Positions 8,245-18,483 of a stretch of 64,000 bases of DNA are shown piece by piece. The translations under genes were made by a program, and so were the position numbers. Position 1 is the stretch's first letter. Each line of letters starts with the position of its first letter. The notes beneath the pieces are model-generated. The model had not been told where the DNA came from and ran no database searches. It was given only the letters and a program-made list of their open reading frames with translations. The DNA comes from a virus. Where the stretch lies: positions 88,465-152,464 of IMG/VR virus record IMGVR_UViG_3300033049_000020; one strand, 5' to 3'.

Positions 8245-8661
8245 ATGACAGAGAGAAGAAAAAAACTCCATTTTATTTATAAGATTACCCATATCAAATC
8301 TGGTAAGTATTATTTGGGTATGCATTCAACATTCGATATGGATGATGAGTATATGGGTTCAGGTAAAAAGATAGTGGCATCCGTTAAAAAGTACGGAGTA
8401 GAGAAACACACTAAAGAGATTTTAGCATATGCTAAGAGTCGTAGTAGTCTGGTAAAGTTAGAAGCTGAGATGGTTACCGAAGATGTTGTGAGCGAAAAGC
8501 TTTGCCTCAACATGAAGAATGGTGGACATGGAGGTTTTGCTGGCGAGACGCATAAGAAGAGATTCATGGCCGCAGGCAGAAGAAAGAGGAGATTTAATCT
8601 TAAGAAGAAGAAAGTGAAGAAACGTATTGCAGCAAGGAAAGCAAAAGCAAGGAAAAAATGA
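8245..8661 (+). CDS. GIY-YIG endonuclease-family protein with basic tail
   Basis: FIYKITH...YYLGMHS...YMGSG; similar to 6054. Confidence 0.8.
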   Translation: MTERRKKLHFIYKITHIKSGKYYLGMHSTFDMDDEYMGSGKKIVASVKKYGVEKHTKEILAYAKSRSSLVKLEAEMVTEDVVSEKLCLNMKNGGHGGFAGETHKKRFMAAGRRKRRFNLKKKKVKKRIAARKAKARKK

Positions 8662-8844
8662 AAGAAAAAGAGAGAAACAAAAGATTGATAGAACTCATTA
8701 CTAAACTTAGGATGGAAGGTGATGATAAAGCAATTGAATTATTAGGTACAATGGTGGCTTATAATACCGAAGCGATGCAAAAGTCCTATGAAATAATGAC
8801 AACAGATAATTTCATCACAAGGATGCTTGATGAGTAAATAATAT

Positions 8845-8960
8845 TGGCGTATGGTGTAGTGGTAGCACACTTATAACGGAACCTGACCAAGGTTCTATTC
8901 AGCAACAAAAATTTCCATTTCGAGGAAGTAGCGGAGGTTCGATTCCTTCTACGTCAACCA
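8845..8960 (+). ncRNA. tRNA-like RNA whose anticodon arm is replaced by an insert of about 55 nt
   Basis: TGGCGTA/TACGTCA-ACCA; intact D arm and GGAGG-TTCGATT-CCTTC T arm. Confidence 0.6.
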
Positions 8961-9142
8961 GACATATTTATAGAGAAACATAGATATGGAAAAGAAGATT
9001 AATAGTATTAATAGTTGGAAAGCTAGAAACAAACAACGTGACAAGGTTTATATTTATGTTCGATTCGGCAAATTAACCGTATTCGAGGTTTACTTAGACT
9101 TATCCACAAAAGAATTCAGAGTAATGATACTCAATTTCGGGT

Positions 9143-9334
9143 ATGAAAGAAAATGATACATTTAAGAAGGACGTAGATTACTACATGGAAGATGGTCGGT
9201 TAGTTTTTACCGAACATTATTTAACCAAGATTAGGAAATACTGCTGCGGCAACGGCTGTAGACACTGCTGTTTCACACCAGCCAACCAAAAGGGAAACAC
9301 TCAACTGAAGAGTCAAAAAATCAAATTAAACTGA
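9143..9334 (+). CDS. DUF5522-like small Cys-rich protein
   Basis: DYY.EDG.LVFT..Y...CCGNGCRHC. Confidence 0.7.
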   Translation: MKENDTFKKDVDYYMEDGRLVFTEHYLTKIRKYCCGNGCRHCCFTPANQKGNTQLKSQKIKLN

Positions 9335-9377
9335 AATTAAATTTGGTAGTATGGATTATTTTACCTATCTTTGTAGT

Positions 9378-9662
9378 ATGAGAAATCAAAGAGAAATAGA
9401 TTTAGCAATCGCATCGATTGAAAAGGACATGGAAACTGCCCCAGAGTATAACTACTTCGGGGATAATAATCATGAGAAGATGAGACTCGGTTTGAGTATC
9501 TTACAAGGTTTGATTGATGAAGACGAACTTGACCAGATGGGGGATGATGAGGAAATTACTTCCGAGGAATATAATGATGCTTATACGTATATTGAGTATC
9601 TTAATGGTGATGTTGAATTGGTCGAGATGTTGTTCAATCCAGAAAACATCGTCACAGAGTAA
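9378..9662 (+). CDS. Hypothetical acidic protein
   Basis: ATG just after a TATCTTTG promoter. Confidence 0.6.
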   Translation: MRNQREIDLAIASIEKDMETAPEYNYFGDNNHEKMRLGLSILQGLIDEDELDQMGDDEEITSEEYNDAYTYIEYLNGDVELVEMLFNPENIVTE

Positions 9663-9664
9663 GT

Positions 9665-10021
9665 ATGGTCAACGTCTGCAAGAAAACATGTAAGGACTGT
9701 CCGTTCTCCAATCAATCTATGAAAGGGTGGCTGGCAGATTATGAAATCCAAGATTTTCAAAATTATATGTCTCGTGAAGTCAGCTTTCCTTGTCATATGA
9801 TGATGACCAAAGATAATTTGGACGCTAATGAAACCAAAGAAGCCATTACCAACGGAGAGATGAGTTTGTGTAGGGGATATGTTGAGAGTATTATTAAATC
9901 GGCTAAGATGCCGTACATGAACAAGCAACTGGTTGAGGCCATTGCTCAAGTTAAAGAAGAGGGATTATCTAACAATACAATGTCCATATTTGAATTCAGA
10001 ACTTATCATACATTAAATTGA
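9665..10021 (+). CDS. Cys-rich hypothetical protein
   Basis: CKDCPF ... FPCH ... CRG. Confidence 0.65.
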   Translation: MVNVCKKTCKDCPFSNQSMKGWLADYEIQDFQNYMSREVSFPCHMMMTKDNLDANETKEAITNGEMSLCRGYVESIIKSAKMPYMNKQLVEAIAQVKEEGLSNNTMSIFEFRTYHTLN

Positions 10022-10095
10022 ATAATAATACGTAGTAGGCTTGTTTTTCTCAATATTAATGCGTATATTTGTACTTACAAACATTACTATTAAAC

Positions 10096-10839
10096 ATGGA
10101 ACTAATAATTGGGTCAACCGCCCTTAAATACCACTTCCCCGACTTCAATCGGGAACCGAAGGACTTAGACATTGCGGTGCCAGATAGTTCTAAGTATAAG
10201 ACTTCTAGAGAGATAGAATATCTCCAAAATCCAGTAATTTTCAAGTATATAGAAGAAGGTCAAAAATACATTGACCCAAACTTGTTATTATCCTTAAAAA
10301 TGTCACACCTATTCTTTGATAATAGATGGGACAAACATATGTGGGATACTCAGTTCCTAATAGATAAAGGTTGTGAGTATGACATCAATATTATGATGGA
10401 CTTATACGAGTACTGGAAGAAAGACTATCCTAGACATAGAAGAAGTGATTTGGATATGACCAAAGATGAATTCTTCACCAATGCTATTAACTATGATGAG
10501 AATGAACATGATTACCTTCACACTCTAATCAATCCAGAGCCACTATATCGTAAGATATTGGTTGGAGGTAAAGAGGTGGAGATAAGTGAAGCCCAGTTCA
10601 ACGCTTTAGACTTTGAAACTAAGTTGGAATTGATTAGGGAAGAAGTATATGTAATGGCATTTGAAAGGTATAAGGATAAACATCATTTGGTGGCCTATTC
10701 TATAATGCTTAAGAAGTTTATCAGACAACACGCACCGATATGGATGTTTCCATTTGTGGTGGAGAATTACATTAAATTAAGTAGAGCAAAAATCAATTTT
10801 ATAACAAAAATAGAAACACAATTAAATCATGGAAATTAA
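10096..10839 (+). CDS. Putative nucleotidyltransferase-fold phage protein
   Basis: N-terminal IIGSTAL...DLD motif. Confidence 0.55.
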   Translation: MELIIGSTALKYHFPDFNREPKDLDIAVPDSSKYKTSREIEYLQNPVIFKYIEEGQKYIDPNLLLSLKMSHLFFDNRWDKHMWDTQFLIDKGCEYDINIMMDLYEYWKKDYPRHRRSDLDMTKDEFFTNAINYDENEHDYLHTLINPEPLYRKILVGGKEVEISEAQFNALDFETKLELIREEVYVMAFERYKDKHHLVAYSIMLKKFIRQHAPIWMFPFVVENYIKLSRAKINFITKIETQLNHGN

Positions 10840-11062
10840 CTTAACAGAACTTAACACAAAGCTGAAGAACTTCGGCTCACTACCTGTCGTAGAGTCACAC
10901 TCTGACGTCAACGTTGACGAAGGATACACTATCAGAAAGCTTACCGATGACTTATTCTTGAAGGTATACACCTATGAGGATTCGTATGGTGACAACGTAA
11001 CCACTGGAATCGAATTCGTTAAAGCGGTAGAATCAAAAGTAACAAATTATGAAACAATTTAA
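10829..11062 (+). CDS. Hypothetical protein
   Basis: Packed ORF. Confidence 0.6.
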   Translation: MEINLTELNTKLKNFGSLPVVESHSDVNVDEGYTIRKLTDDLFLKVYTYEDSYGDNVTTGIEFVKAVESKVTNYETI

Positions 11063-11071
11063 AAATAAAAC

Positions 11072-11464
11072 ATGGAAGACAAGAAATTAACATTTGACGA
11101 GATTATAACTATCGCTAAAGAAATGTACGGTGATGATGGTGTATCTGACTTCGCTGAAGGAATGTGGTATAGCGTCCCAGAAGACTTCGAACCACTGTCA
11201 GAAGATGCTACTGCTGAAGAAAGAAAAAGTAGACGAGAGAATTATGCAAATACACAACCATTGGGGCATACTACAGAGGTAGATAGTACTGGTGGTATGG
11301 ACGAAGGTTCTGATTGGAGTACCGTACAACACTTTACCAAGCATGATGTGTACATCCAAACATCTGGATGGTACCAGTCTCATAGTGGAGTCGAATTCTA
11401 CGATGGGTGGGAATCCTGTTCTGAGGTAACACCTAAACAAAAAACAATAACTGTTTACACATAA
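11072..11464 (+). CDS. Hypothetical protein, tandem paralog of 11469
   Basis: Shared KKLTFDEII, TQPLG, GGMD.GSDW, HDVY...SGWY.SH motifs. Confidence 0.75.
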   Translation: MEDKKLTFDEIITIAKEMYGDDGVSDFAEGMWYSVPEDFEPLSEDATAEERKSRRENYANTQPLGHTTEVDSTGGMDEGSDWSTVQHFTKHDVYIQTSGWYQSHSGVEFYDGWESCSEVTPKQKTITVYT

Positions 11465-11468
11465 AACT

Positions 11469-11891
11469 ATGGAAAATAAAAAACTAACGTTTGATGAGAT
11501 TATAGCTCTAATACAAGAAATATATGATGTTGACGAAACGGCTCAAGATGATTATGGTGGAAGTATTGAAATGTTCGCACATGAAGGTATGTACTACCCA
11601 ACCCCCCAAGACTTCGAACCGTTAGGGAGTGATTCTACCTACCAAGAAGATATTGCTAGGGATAAGCGATATGTAGATACCCAACCATTGGGTCGAACTG
11701 AGCAGATGGCTAGTAATGGTGGTATGGACAAAGGTTCTGATTGGTGGAGAATTTACCATTTTGTTAAGCACGATGTATATGTGAAGGTTAGTGGTTGGTA
11801 CGCATCTCACGATGGTACACACTTTGAAGATGGATGGGGTAGCTGTAAGGAGGTTCATCCTAACGAAGTCACCGTTATCGAATATAAATAA
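11469..11891 (+). CDS. Hypothetical protein, tandem paralog of 11072
   Basis: Same shared motifs as 11072. Confidence 0.75.
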   Translation: MENKKLTFDEIIALIQEIYDVDETAQDDYGGSIEMFAHEGMYYPTPQDFEPLGSDSTYQEDIARDKRYVDTQPLGRTEQMASNGGMDKGSDWWRIYHFVKHDVYVKVSGWYASHDGTHFEDGWGSCKEVHPNEVTVIEYK

Positions 11892-11943
11892 AAAAAATGG
11901 GAATTTATTTGTATATGTCAAATAAATTCCCTATCTTTGTTGT

Positions 11944-12402
11944 ATGAACGACTCAATATTATTTCACGGAGGGTGCCACGGATGTACTATGCAGACTGAA
12001 GGAGAAGGATTAGGCGGCTGTGTCGGCTGTAGATTTTTCGACTTCACTGCGCACTCAGATTTACCTGACCTTAATGATTCTCATCTAAAAGAAGAGGATT
12101 CTCATCTAAAAGAAGAGAATTATATGACTAAAGTTAGAGGTGAGGCAAGAGCATTAGCCGCAGGTCTAAACAACATACCAAAAGAGCCGAAGGTATCCTT
12201 GGGTGACCAACTGGATGTTGCAGTTGGAGCCGAGAACTATGAAGAGGCTGCAATTGTCAGAGACAAGATAGCGGCTGAGAAACCTTTTAAGGATGCCCTT
12301 AATGCTGCAATAGCTAAAGGTGATTATGAAGAGGCTTCTAATATCAGAGAAAAGAATAAGAAAGGTTTTTTTGGTAAACTCGGTGATTACTTCAAGAAAT
12401 AA
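11944..12402 (+). CDS. Protein with an N-terminal Cys cluster and two UVR (UvrB/C) motifs
   Basis: ENYEEAAIVRDKI and GDYEEASNIREK; 21-nt tandem duplication (DSHLKEE x2). Confidence 0.65.
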   Translation: MNDSILFHGGCHGCTMQTEGEGLGGCVGCRFFDFTAHSDLPDLNDSHLKEEDSHLKEENYMTKVRGEARALAAGLNNIPKEPKVSLGDQLDVAVGAENYEEAAIVRDKIAAEKPFKDALNAAIAKGDYEEASNIREKNKKGFFGKLGDYFKK

Positions 12403-12404
12403 AA

Positions 12405-12869
12405 ATGGGAAAATATAAAATACTTATATCATATGGTACGGGTGATAGTTTCAATAATTATGATACTACCAGTTTCATTGAATTGGAATGGGATAATCTT
12501 GACGTAGCCAAAGAGAATTTGAAGGCTATTCGAGAGCACGACAATATGTGCGAGTTAGCCAATGCTTGGAGAACTAAATTCGAGGACAAGGTTAAATATT
12601 ACCAAGATAATGAAGACAAGTTCTGGTTTGTTTCGGATAGTAAGCCTTTACACAATAAGAATAAGTGTTATCATGCTATGGCAGACTATAAGAAGTCTCC
12701 AGACGATTTCACTTTAGTGCCAGATGATTACTCTGCACAACACCTCATTAAGTTTAAAGCTGATAACGGCAACTTGATGCAAATTCAAGCTTTTTGGGTT
12801 GGTTATTTTGAAAGATTTATGGGTGCTGAAATAATCACCGATGACTCAGATATGAAATTCATTAAATAA
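12405..12869 (+). CDS. Hypothetical protein
   Basis: Packed ORF. Confidence 0.65.
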   Translation: MGKYKILISYGTGDSFNNYDTTSFIELEWDNLDVAKENLKAIREHDNMCELANAWRTKFEDKVKYYQDNEDKFWFVSDSKPLHNKNKCYHAMADYKKSPDDFTLVPDDYSAQHLIKFKADNGNLMQIQAFWVGYFERFMGAEIITDDSDMKFIK

Positions 12870-13711
12870 TGGCATTCAAAATTAAAGTATTACATATTAC
12901 GGTTGGCTTACCAGCTAGCGGTAAAACGACTTGGGCTAAAGAGCAAGCGGCTAAGGCTGGTTACTCACGTAATTTTGGTGCCATACACTTAGATGAGTGG
13001 ATGATGAGAGACCAATTCGATAGTTATTCTGACTTCATCGAGTCGACTTCATTTCGTCCATACTGTAGAGAAACAACCATCATTGATGGTTTGTTCTTGA
13101 CTGTGGCCAATATTGAGATGTTCTTGACAGCTTTGAATAAGAAGGGTATGTCATTTGAAAAGGTGGTTATTCATAAGTGGGATATTGACCGAGAATCATG
13201 TATCTGGAATGACTTATACCGTAGAGAGAAGGGTTCGGGTATTACTATTGCAAATGGTGAAATAGATATGTTCAGTAGAGAGCAACTAAAGGCTCTGAAA
13301 GATAAGTTCAATGGTACCGTATTCATTAGAGAGAAGCACTTAGTCGAGAAGAAAGAACCTTGGCAAGTATTTGCCAATCAGTACGAAATATATCACAATA
13401 GAGACGGATACGTAAAAAGCGAATCGTGGTCTGGTGGTGGTGATTGGAGAGACTGTTGGGAAGGTGGGGGCATTATTCATCCAGACTCAGAGCCTGAATA
13501 TATGAATGAGTTATATGACCTATTAAAGAAAATCGATGAGACTACTGACCACTACAAGTATAAAGTTATTCATAATTCGGTAGTATGGGAAGACGAGGAT
13601 TACGAGAACGACTACTATGGTGGTAGTGAGAAACGTATTCGGCACGTATTCTCTGTAGAGTCACTTTACAAAATGTTGGTTACTGATAAATTGATAGAAG
13701 CAATAACATGA
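12869..13711 (+). CDS. P-loop kinase (polynucleotide kinase-like)
   Basis: VGLPASGKTTWA Walker A; IIDG. Confidence 0.7.
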   Translation: MAFKIKVLHITVGLPASGKTTWAKEQAAKAGYSRNFGAIHLDEWMMRDQFDSYSDFIESTSFRPYCRETTIIDGLFLTVANIEMFLTALNKKGMSFEKVVIHKWDIDRESCIWNDLYRREKGSGITIANGEIDMFSREQLKALKDKFNGTVFIREKHLVEKKEPWQVFANQYEIYHNRDGYVKSESWSGGGDWRDCWEGGGIIHPDSEPEYMNELYDLLKKIDETTDHYKYKVIHNSVVWEDEDYENDYYGGSEKRIRHVFSVESLYKMLVTDKLIEAIT

Positions 13712-13958
13712 TTTGGATTATAGTGGAGCTAATAATACCTTAGATGGTCTTCATACCTTCGATAATAATAAGTTCAAAGCAGTGTATTTGCATAAGCATG
13801 GTGCTAACATCATGTTTAAGAGTTCAACACCAGCACACGAAGTTATTAAATTCATTGATTGCAATATTCAATTGGGGGTTAAAACCATATAAATGTTAAT
13901 AAATTACTTGTTATTGTCAATTTTTTTACGTATCTTAGCATAATCAAAACAAAAACAG

Positions 13959-14882
13959 ATGTTTAATAAATTATATGGTAAGCCAGTGGCTACAGTTGAA
14001 GAAATTCACGAAGAATTTGATTCGGCACAAGAAAGACTACTTAAAGAGTGTGATGATATTTTGAATACACTTGAAATCCCTACTGAGGGTAAAGTGGAGC
14101 GAAAAGCATCTAACTTAGAAGCGTTAGGTTTTATTAATTCAAAAACAGTAGAAGATTATAAGGACTTTAAAGAGTCAGTAAAGAACGTAGAGGAAAAAAT
14201 TGATTTTACAACCACACAAGCCACTGAAATCAGAAACTTAGCATTCAGATATCCATTCGAGAAATTCATCACTACTGACGAATTAGATAGAATCTGTACT
14301 AAGTACGACCTACTTCATGCGCCAGTAGCTAACTACATCAAAGATGTTCCAGAGAAGAATGTGTTGGAGATGAAGAATAGAAAACCTTTGGACGTAAAAG
14401 ATGCGGTTGAGGCGGTTTACGAATTATTTGGATTCGAAACCAATAGATTCATGAATCTATTGGGTAAAACGGATACTAAGTTCACTGAGTCTGAGGTAAT
14501 AGCTATCTGTGAAACATACGGAGGGCGTCCAAATACTACGATTGGACACCTTAAAAATGGTGATACTAGTTTTACCTTCGGAATTCTTTATAGTATTTTA
14601 AACGATTTTACGAAAATTAATTATAGTGATTATAATTTTACTAGTATGACCACGATAGACCAATCTGGATTACATGTTGCTGCACCAAAATCACACTTTA
14701 ACCTAAAAGGGTTAGATAAAATTACTAAATTTGGGTGGGGCGTTAAAAGAGAGGTAGAAGTTAAAGACCCAGTAGTATTTGAATACTGCCAAAATGACAT
14801 CGTAAGAATTATTACTAAATGGGGAACGGAAGACGACCAATCATATTTGGATGATGCATTACAAAACCCAACACTAAACTAA
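13959..14882 (+). CDS. Hypothetical protein, paralog of 14888
   Basis: Shared TVEEIH.EFD, YIKDVPEKN, KDP.VFEYC, KWGT.DDQSYLD motifs. Confidence 0.8.
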   Translation: MFNKLYGKPVATVEEIHEEFDSAQERLLKECDDILNTLEIPTEGKVERKASNLEALGFINSKTVEDYKDFKESVKNVEEKIDFTTTQATEIRNLAFRYPFEKFITTDELDRICTKYDLLHAPVANYIKDVPEKNVLEMKNRKPLDVKDAVEAVYELFGFETNRFMNLLGKTDTKFTESEVIAICETYGGRPNTTIGHLKNGDTSFTFGILYSILNDFTKINYSDYNFTSMTTIDQSGLHVAAPKSHFNLKGLDKITKFGWGVKREVEVKDPVVFEYCQNDIVRIITKWGTEDDQSYLDDALQNPTLN

Positions 14883-14887
14883 GAGAC

Positions 14888-15781
14888 ATGTTTAATATTT
14901 TTAACAAAGAGGTGTTTGACACCAAGAAGATAGTTACTGTGGAAGAAATCCACCAAGAGTTTGATGATGCACAAGAAAAAGTGTTAAAGGAAGCTTCAGA
15001 CATACTGGATGGTATTCCTACCAAAGATTCTAGATTAGAAAGGAAGGCACTTAAATTAGAAATTACTGGTTTCGCTAAGTCGGAATTATTACAGGAATAT
15101 TATACTAAGAATACCGAAATAGAAACTATTGCAAAAGCGGTGGAGGGTAGAAAACGTATGTTGGATAGTATTATGAAATTCATTCAGAAATATCCATACC
15201 AAAAGTTTATCACAGTTGATGAATTGGATAATATTTGTGGCAAATATGGGTTGATATATGCACCCGTCAAACACTACATCAAAGATGTTCCAGAGAAGAA
15301 TCTAGACGAAATAGTTAATAGGAAGGAGCTTCATAGTTCTGAAATAACACCAGTTGTTCATATTGTGTCAAAAATAAGTTTTTGGGACAATACACCACAA
15401 GATTATCAGGATTTTGTGAATAAGCATATCTTGAACCGAGTCTTTCCCGATAAAGAAATGACTGAACGAAACTTTGAACAAGTGATTGAAGAGCGAGGAT
15501 GGAAAGATGGTAAGTCATCCCAGTATTGGTTTAGGAAGGCAACTGTGAAGACTGAAGATAATGCTGGATTACAGGTTGCCGCTCCAGAATCACATTTTGA
15601 TTTGAAAGGATTGAAAAAGACCAAGAAATTTGGTTTCGCTAAAGTGGAATATATCGAAACTAAAGACCCAATTGTTTTTGAATACTGTAAAGACAATATT
15701 GTACGAATAATAAGTAAGTGGGGGACTGACGATGACCAATCATATTTGGACGAATCGTTGATTAATCAAAATTTAAACTAA
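14888..15781 (+). CDS. Hypothetical protein, paralog of 13959
   Basis: Same shared motifs as 13959. Confidence 0.8.
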   Translation: MFNIFNKEVFDTKKIVTVEEIHQEFDDAQEKVLKEASDILDGIPTKDSRLERKALKLEITGFAKSELLQEYYTKNTEIETIAKAVEGRKRMLDSIMKFIQKYPYQKFITVDELDNICGKYGLIYAPVKHYIKDVPEKNLDEIVNRKELHSSEITPVVHIVSKISFWDNTPQDYQDFVNKHILNRVFPDKEMTERNFEQVIEERGWKDGKSSQYWFRKATVKTEDNAGLQVAAPESHFDLKGLKKTKKFGFAKVEYIETKDPIVFEYCKDNIVRIISKWGTDDDQSYLDESLINQNLN

Positions 15782-15865
15782 AAGAAAAAGTGAAATAATT
15801 GTCCAAAGATTTGGTAGTGTGGATTATTTTACCTATCTTTGTAGTGTTCTTTGAAATGATAGATA

Positions 15866-16181
15866 TTGAAGTATTAGGATTTAAAGATTTATTTCTGCAA
15901 TTAAAAGCGAAATAACGGTTCTAAGGTACTGACAGCCGTGAAAGCGGCCTAGGGATAGTAGTGTTAGACAGAAGTTTGATGTTAACGCATTAAATGTTTA
16001 CTGCGGTAGGAAAGGCTCTTCGGAGTTACGAAAACATTACGTGCTCAGTGTTGCATATGTGGGCTGGTTCAAGGAGGTTAGACTCTCTGCCCAAAAAAAT
16101 GCAATTTATAGCGGCCATAAGCGCTCGTGGAGATGTAGTCTGCATCGAATAGAGTAATTAAATCTATATCCGATACTTCAA
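15866..16181 (+). ncRNA. Structured ncRNA of about 315 nt, family unknown
   Basis: Ends pair (TTGAAGTAT/ATACTTCAA, AGATTTA/TAAATCT); GC-rich tetraloop hairpins; preceded by promoter and boxA. Confidence 0.6.
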
Positions 16182-16202
16182 CCTTTAAAAATATTTAGGA
16201 AA

Positions 16203-17016
16203 TGCTTGGCATTAACCTGATGAGGCAATCACGAATGTAGTGGATACATTGCAATAGTAGTGATTGTAACTGGTAAGTGAGAACCAACCATGGAACGGTT
16301 ATCATAGTCTTGCCGCACGTAGAGTGCCAACATGCCTCTAAAGCATTAGATTCATACGATTGAGTGTGGGTCGTGGTTGACGGATGGTGCAAACCCCTCC
16401 CAAGACGCAAAGGAATAGTGAGAAGAGTGGTAGTTCGCCCTACTTTGTCCCCTTAAGTGGGATGCTCTTCTGGCGACATTATTCCGAGAAATTAAAGATA
16501 GATTGGAGAGTGACCTATTAGCGTAGGCGGCCTAGTTGGGGTGGAACATACTACGACACCCAACAACGTGGTTAGAGGTCATTGAAGAGTAAGTGTATGT
16601 GACGATGACACGCTCTCCTAACTGTATTGTTTACCGCAGCATCCGAGATTCAAGGTAGGACTGGGCGTTTGGTTTATCCAACGAAGAAAACTTGGGAGAA
16701 TTGGCGAGTCGATAGGGTAGATATACCTTGAATACGCGAAATAAATTGTTCAAAAGGGGCGAATCGAGAGTCGAGGTATTTGTCGTTCCAAACCGAGAAA
16801 CTCGAACTACTGGCGAGTAGATTCCACTAAAGATGAAAGCTTGTCTAGGGTGGTGAATACGTAGATGCCCCACCTGTTAAAAGGTTCCAACTACCGTTGG
16901 AGGATGGTCGTGGTCGGAGTGGTGTTCGATTAGTAGCAATGACTTGAAAAAATCAGAGGTCACTGTCATACGCTGTGAATGGGCGTATCGGTAGTCGGAC
17001 ACCGTAAGTTCTGATG
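16203..17016 (+). ncRNA. Series of self-closing structured RNAs (16203-16409, 16412-16485, 16505-16618, 16626-16940, 16952-17016)
   Basis: No credible ORF; elevated GC; terminal complementarities such as GGAATAGTG/CATTATTCC and GGAGAGTG/CGCTCTCC. Confidence 0.5.
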
Positions 17017-17212
17017 AAGGGGTGCCCATGCCCCACCTATATGGTTCGAACTACCGTTCGAACAGAGATGTGTCGACTTCCAACCGACTATATAGCATTC
17101 TCGAAAAAAACAGAGGCAAAGGGGGTACGCTGCAAATGGGCGTAATAGGTAGCTATATCCGAATAAGTATAGTAAGTCGCCAGAGACTTGGGATTCATCT
17201 CTGGCGGTAATT

Positions 17213-17297
17213 GGCGCAATAGCTCAGTTGGTAGAGCGAGGTTTAAAAATGCTACTTGTAGCGGCCTTGGTCGGTGGTTCGAATCCATCTTGCGCCA
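17213..17297 (+). ncRNA. tRNA-like RNA with aberrant anticodon arm
   Basis: GGCGCAA/TTGCGCC; canonical D and T arms; anticodon region holds an extra GCTAC-TT-GTAGC hairpin. Confidence 0.65.
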
Positions 17298-17302
17298 CAT
17301 AT

Positions 17303-17360
17303 GGGGAGGTCAGAGAGGTAGCATTAGGGCTACCCAAGGGTTCGAATCCCTAACTCTCCA
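17303..17360 (+). ncRNA. Mini tRNA-like element lacking a D arm
   Basis: GGGGAG/CTCTCC, GGGTTCGAATCCC, one internal hairpin. Confidence 0.4.
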
Positions 17361-17371
17361 CTATTATATAA

Positions 17372-17570
17372 GGTACGGTAGCTCAGATTGCGTTAGAGCA
17401 CTCTTCCTATTAGAGGTGTACAACTTGAAGTAGGAGTATTAAGATGACTGATAAGATAGTATAGTGAGATTCCCTGATGTACAAGGAGGAACGTTGCTAG
17501 AGTGAAATTGAAAGAAGTCTCGATATTAATAACATGAGAGGGGTCGGTGGTTCGAATCCCTCTAGTGCAA
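17372..17570 (+). ncRNA. tRNA-like RNA with an insertion of about 125 nt at the anticodon loop
   Basis: TAGCTCAG..AGAGCA D arm, CTCT/AGAG stem, GGTTCGAATCC; acceptor stem poorly paired. Confidence 0.45.
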
Positions 17571-17595
17571 CTAAAATATTTTAAACGAATATACT

Positions 17596-18483
17596 ATGTA
17601 TAAAGGAGATTTAAAAAATGTACCATCAGAAGTGGTGGTAGTAATCTTGGAAAGGCAGTTAGAACAAGGCAATAGAAGGGATGTAAGTGTATTTGAAGAA
17701 ACTCTATATGCCCAACAAGATGAAAATGGGTTCGATTGGGATGCTGCGCCAGAAGGCGATAATTTTTGGGAGAGAGTTTTGGAGTTTGAGGAGTGGGAAA
17801 TATTTTTCGAGAAATATCCTAGGAAGTCTTGTGGAGATTATAAGGAGGGTGATTATATTATAGTTACTGAACTTCACGGTGAGTCTAACTACTATAATTG
17901 GTTTATGCCAAATGAAGTTATAAAAGTTGGTGGTGACCGTTGGATGGGGTCTTTAAGAGAACATTTTGCGGCTATAAGTGCTAACAACTACCCAAATGGT
18001 AACGGCATGAATTATAATTTTGAAGAAAACTACAAGATAAGACATGCTACAGATTGGGAAATATTATTATCATTTTGGGGTAGTTTTCCAAAAACTAAAA
18101 TTGAGTTACAAGTAGGGGACACTTACGAGAACTCAACAGGTAAGATGATGAGGATACATTCAATGAATAACAGTATGTTATGGTACATACATGAGAATGG
18201 TACTCTGTACGAGGAAGAAAAAAATACAATATTGGAACGATTAGAAAGGAAGTTATACAAGAATTATAAATCAGTAAATAATAAATCAAAAACAATTAAA
18301 AATGAAGTACACAGAGAGAATTCAGAATCAAGGCGAACAAGCAACAAAGGTATTAGAGCAATTAGGCAAAAGGTCGAAATTGCAAGCGCAAGCAGACCTG
18401 TTGGAAGTAGAGTCTCAGATATCCGACAAAGAAACAGACCTAGAAAATCTACGATTAGCGGAAGGAGAGTATTCTTTAACTAG
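17596..18483 (+). CDS. Hypothetical protein
   Basis: 295 aa; its C-terminal ~60 codons overlap the next gene. Confidence 0.65.
   Translation: MYKGDLKNVPSEVVVVILERQLEQGNRRDVSVFEETLYAQQDENGFDWDAAPEGDNFWERVLEFEEWEIFFEKYPRKSCGDYKEGDYIIVTELHGESNYYNWFMPNEVIKVGGDRWMGSLREHFAAISANNYPNGNGMNYNFEENYKIRHATDWEILLSFWGSFPKTKIELQVGDTYENSTGKMMRIHSMNNSMLWYIHENGTLYEEEKNTILERLERKLYKNYKSVNNKSKTIKNEVHRENSESRRTSNKGIRAIRQKVEIASASRPVGSRVSDIRQRNRPRKSTISGRRVFFN

Noticed and set aside
16203-16409. tmRNA
   Set aside because: It has a T-arm-like end and a TAACTGG string, but no Ala-type acceptor or CCA, and the would-be tag frame stops after two codons.
16195-17433. Short ORFs on both strands in the ncRNA region, and ORFs 4337, 4387, 7092, 21311, 32963
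   Set aside because: They overlap tRNAs or structured RNAs and have atypical composition.
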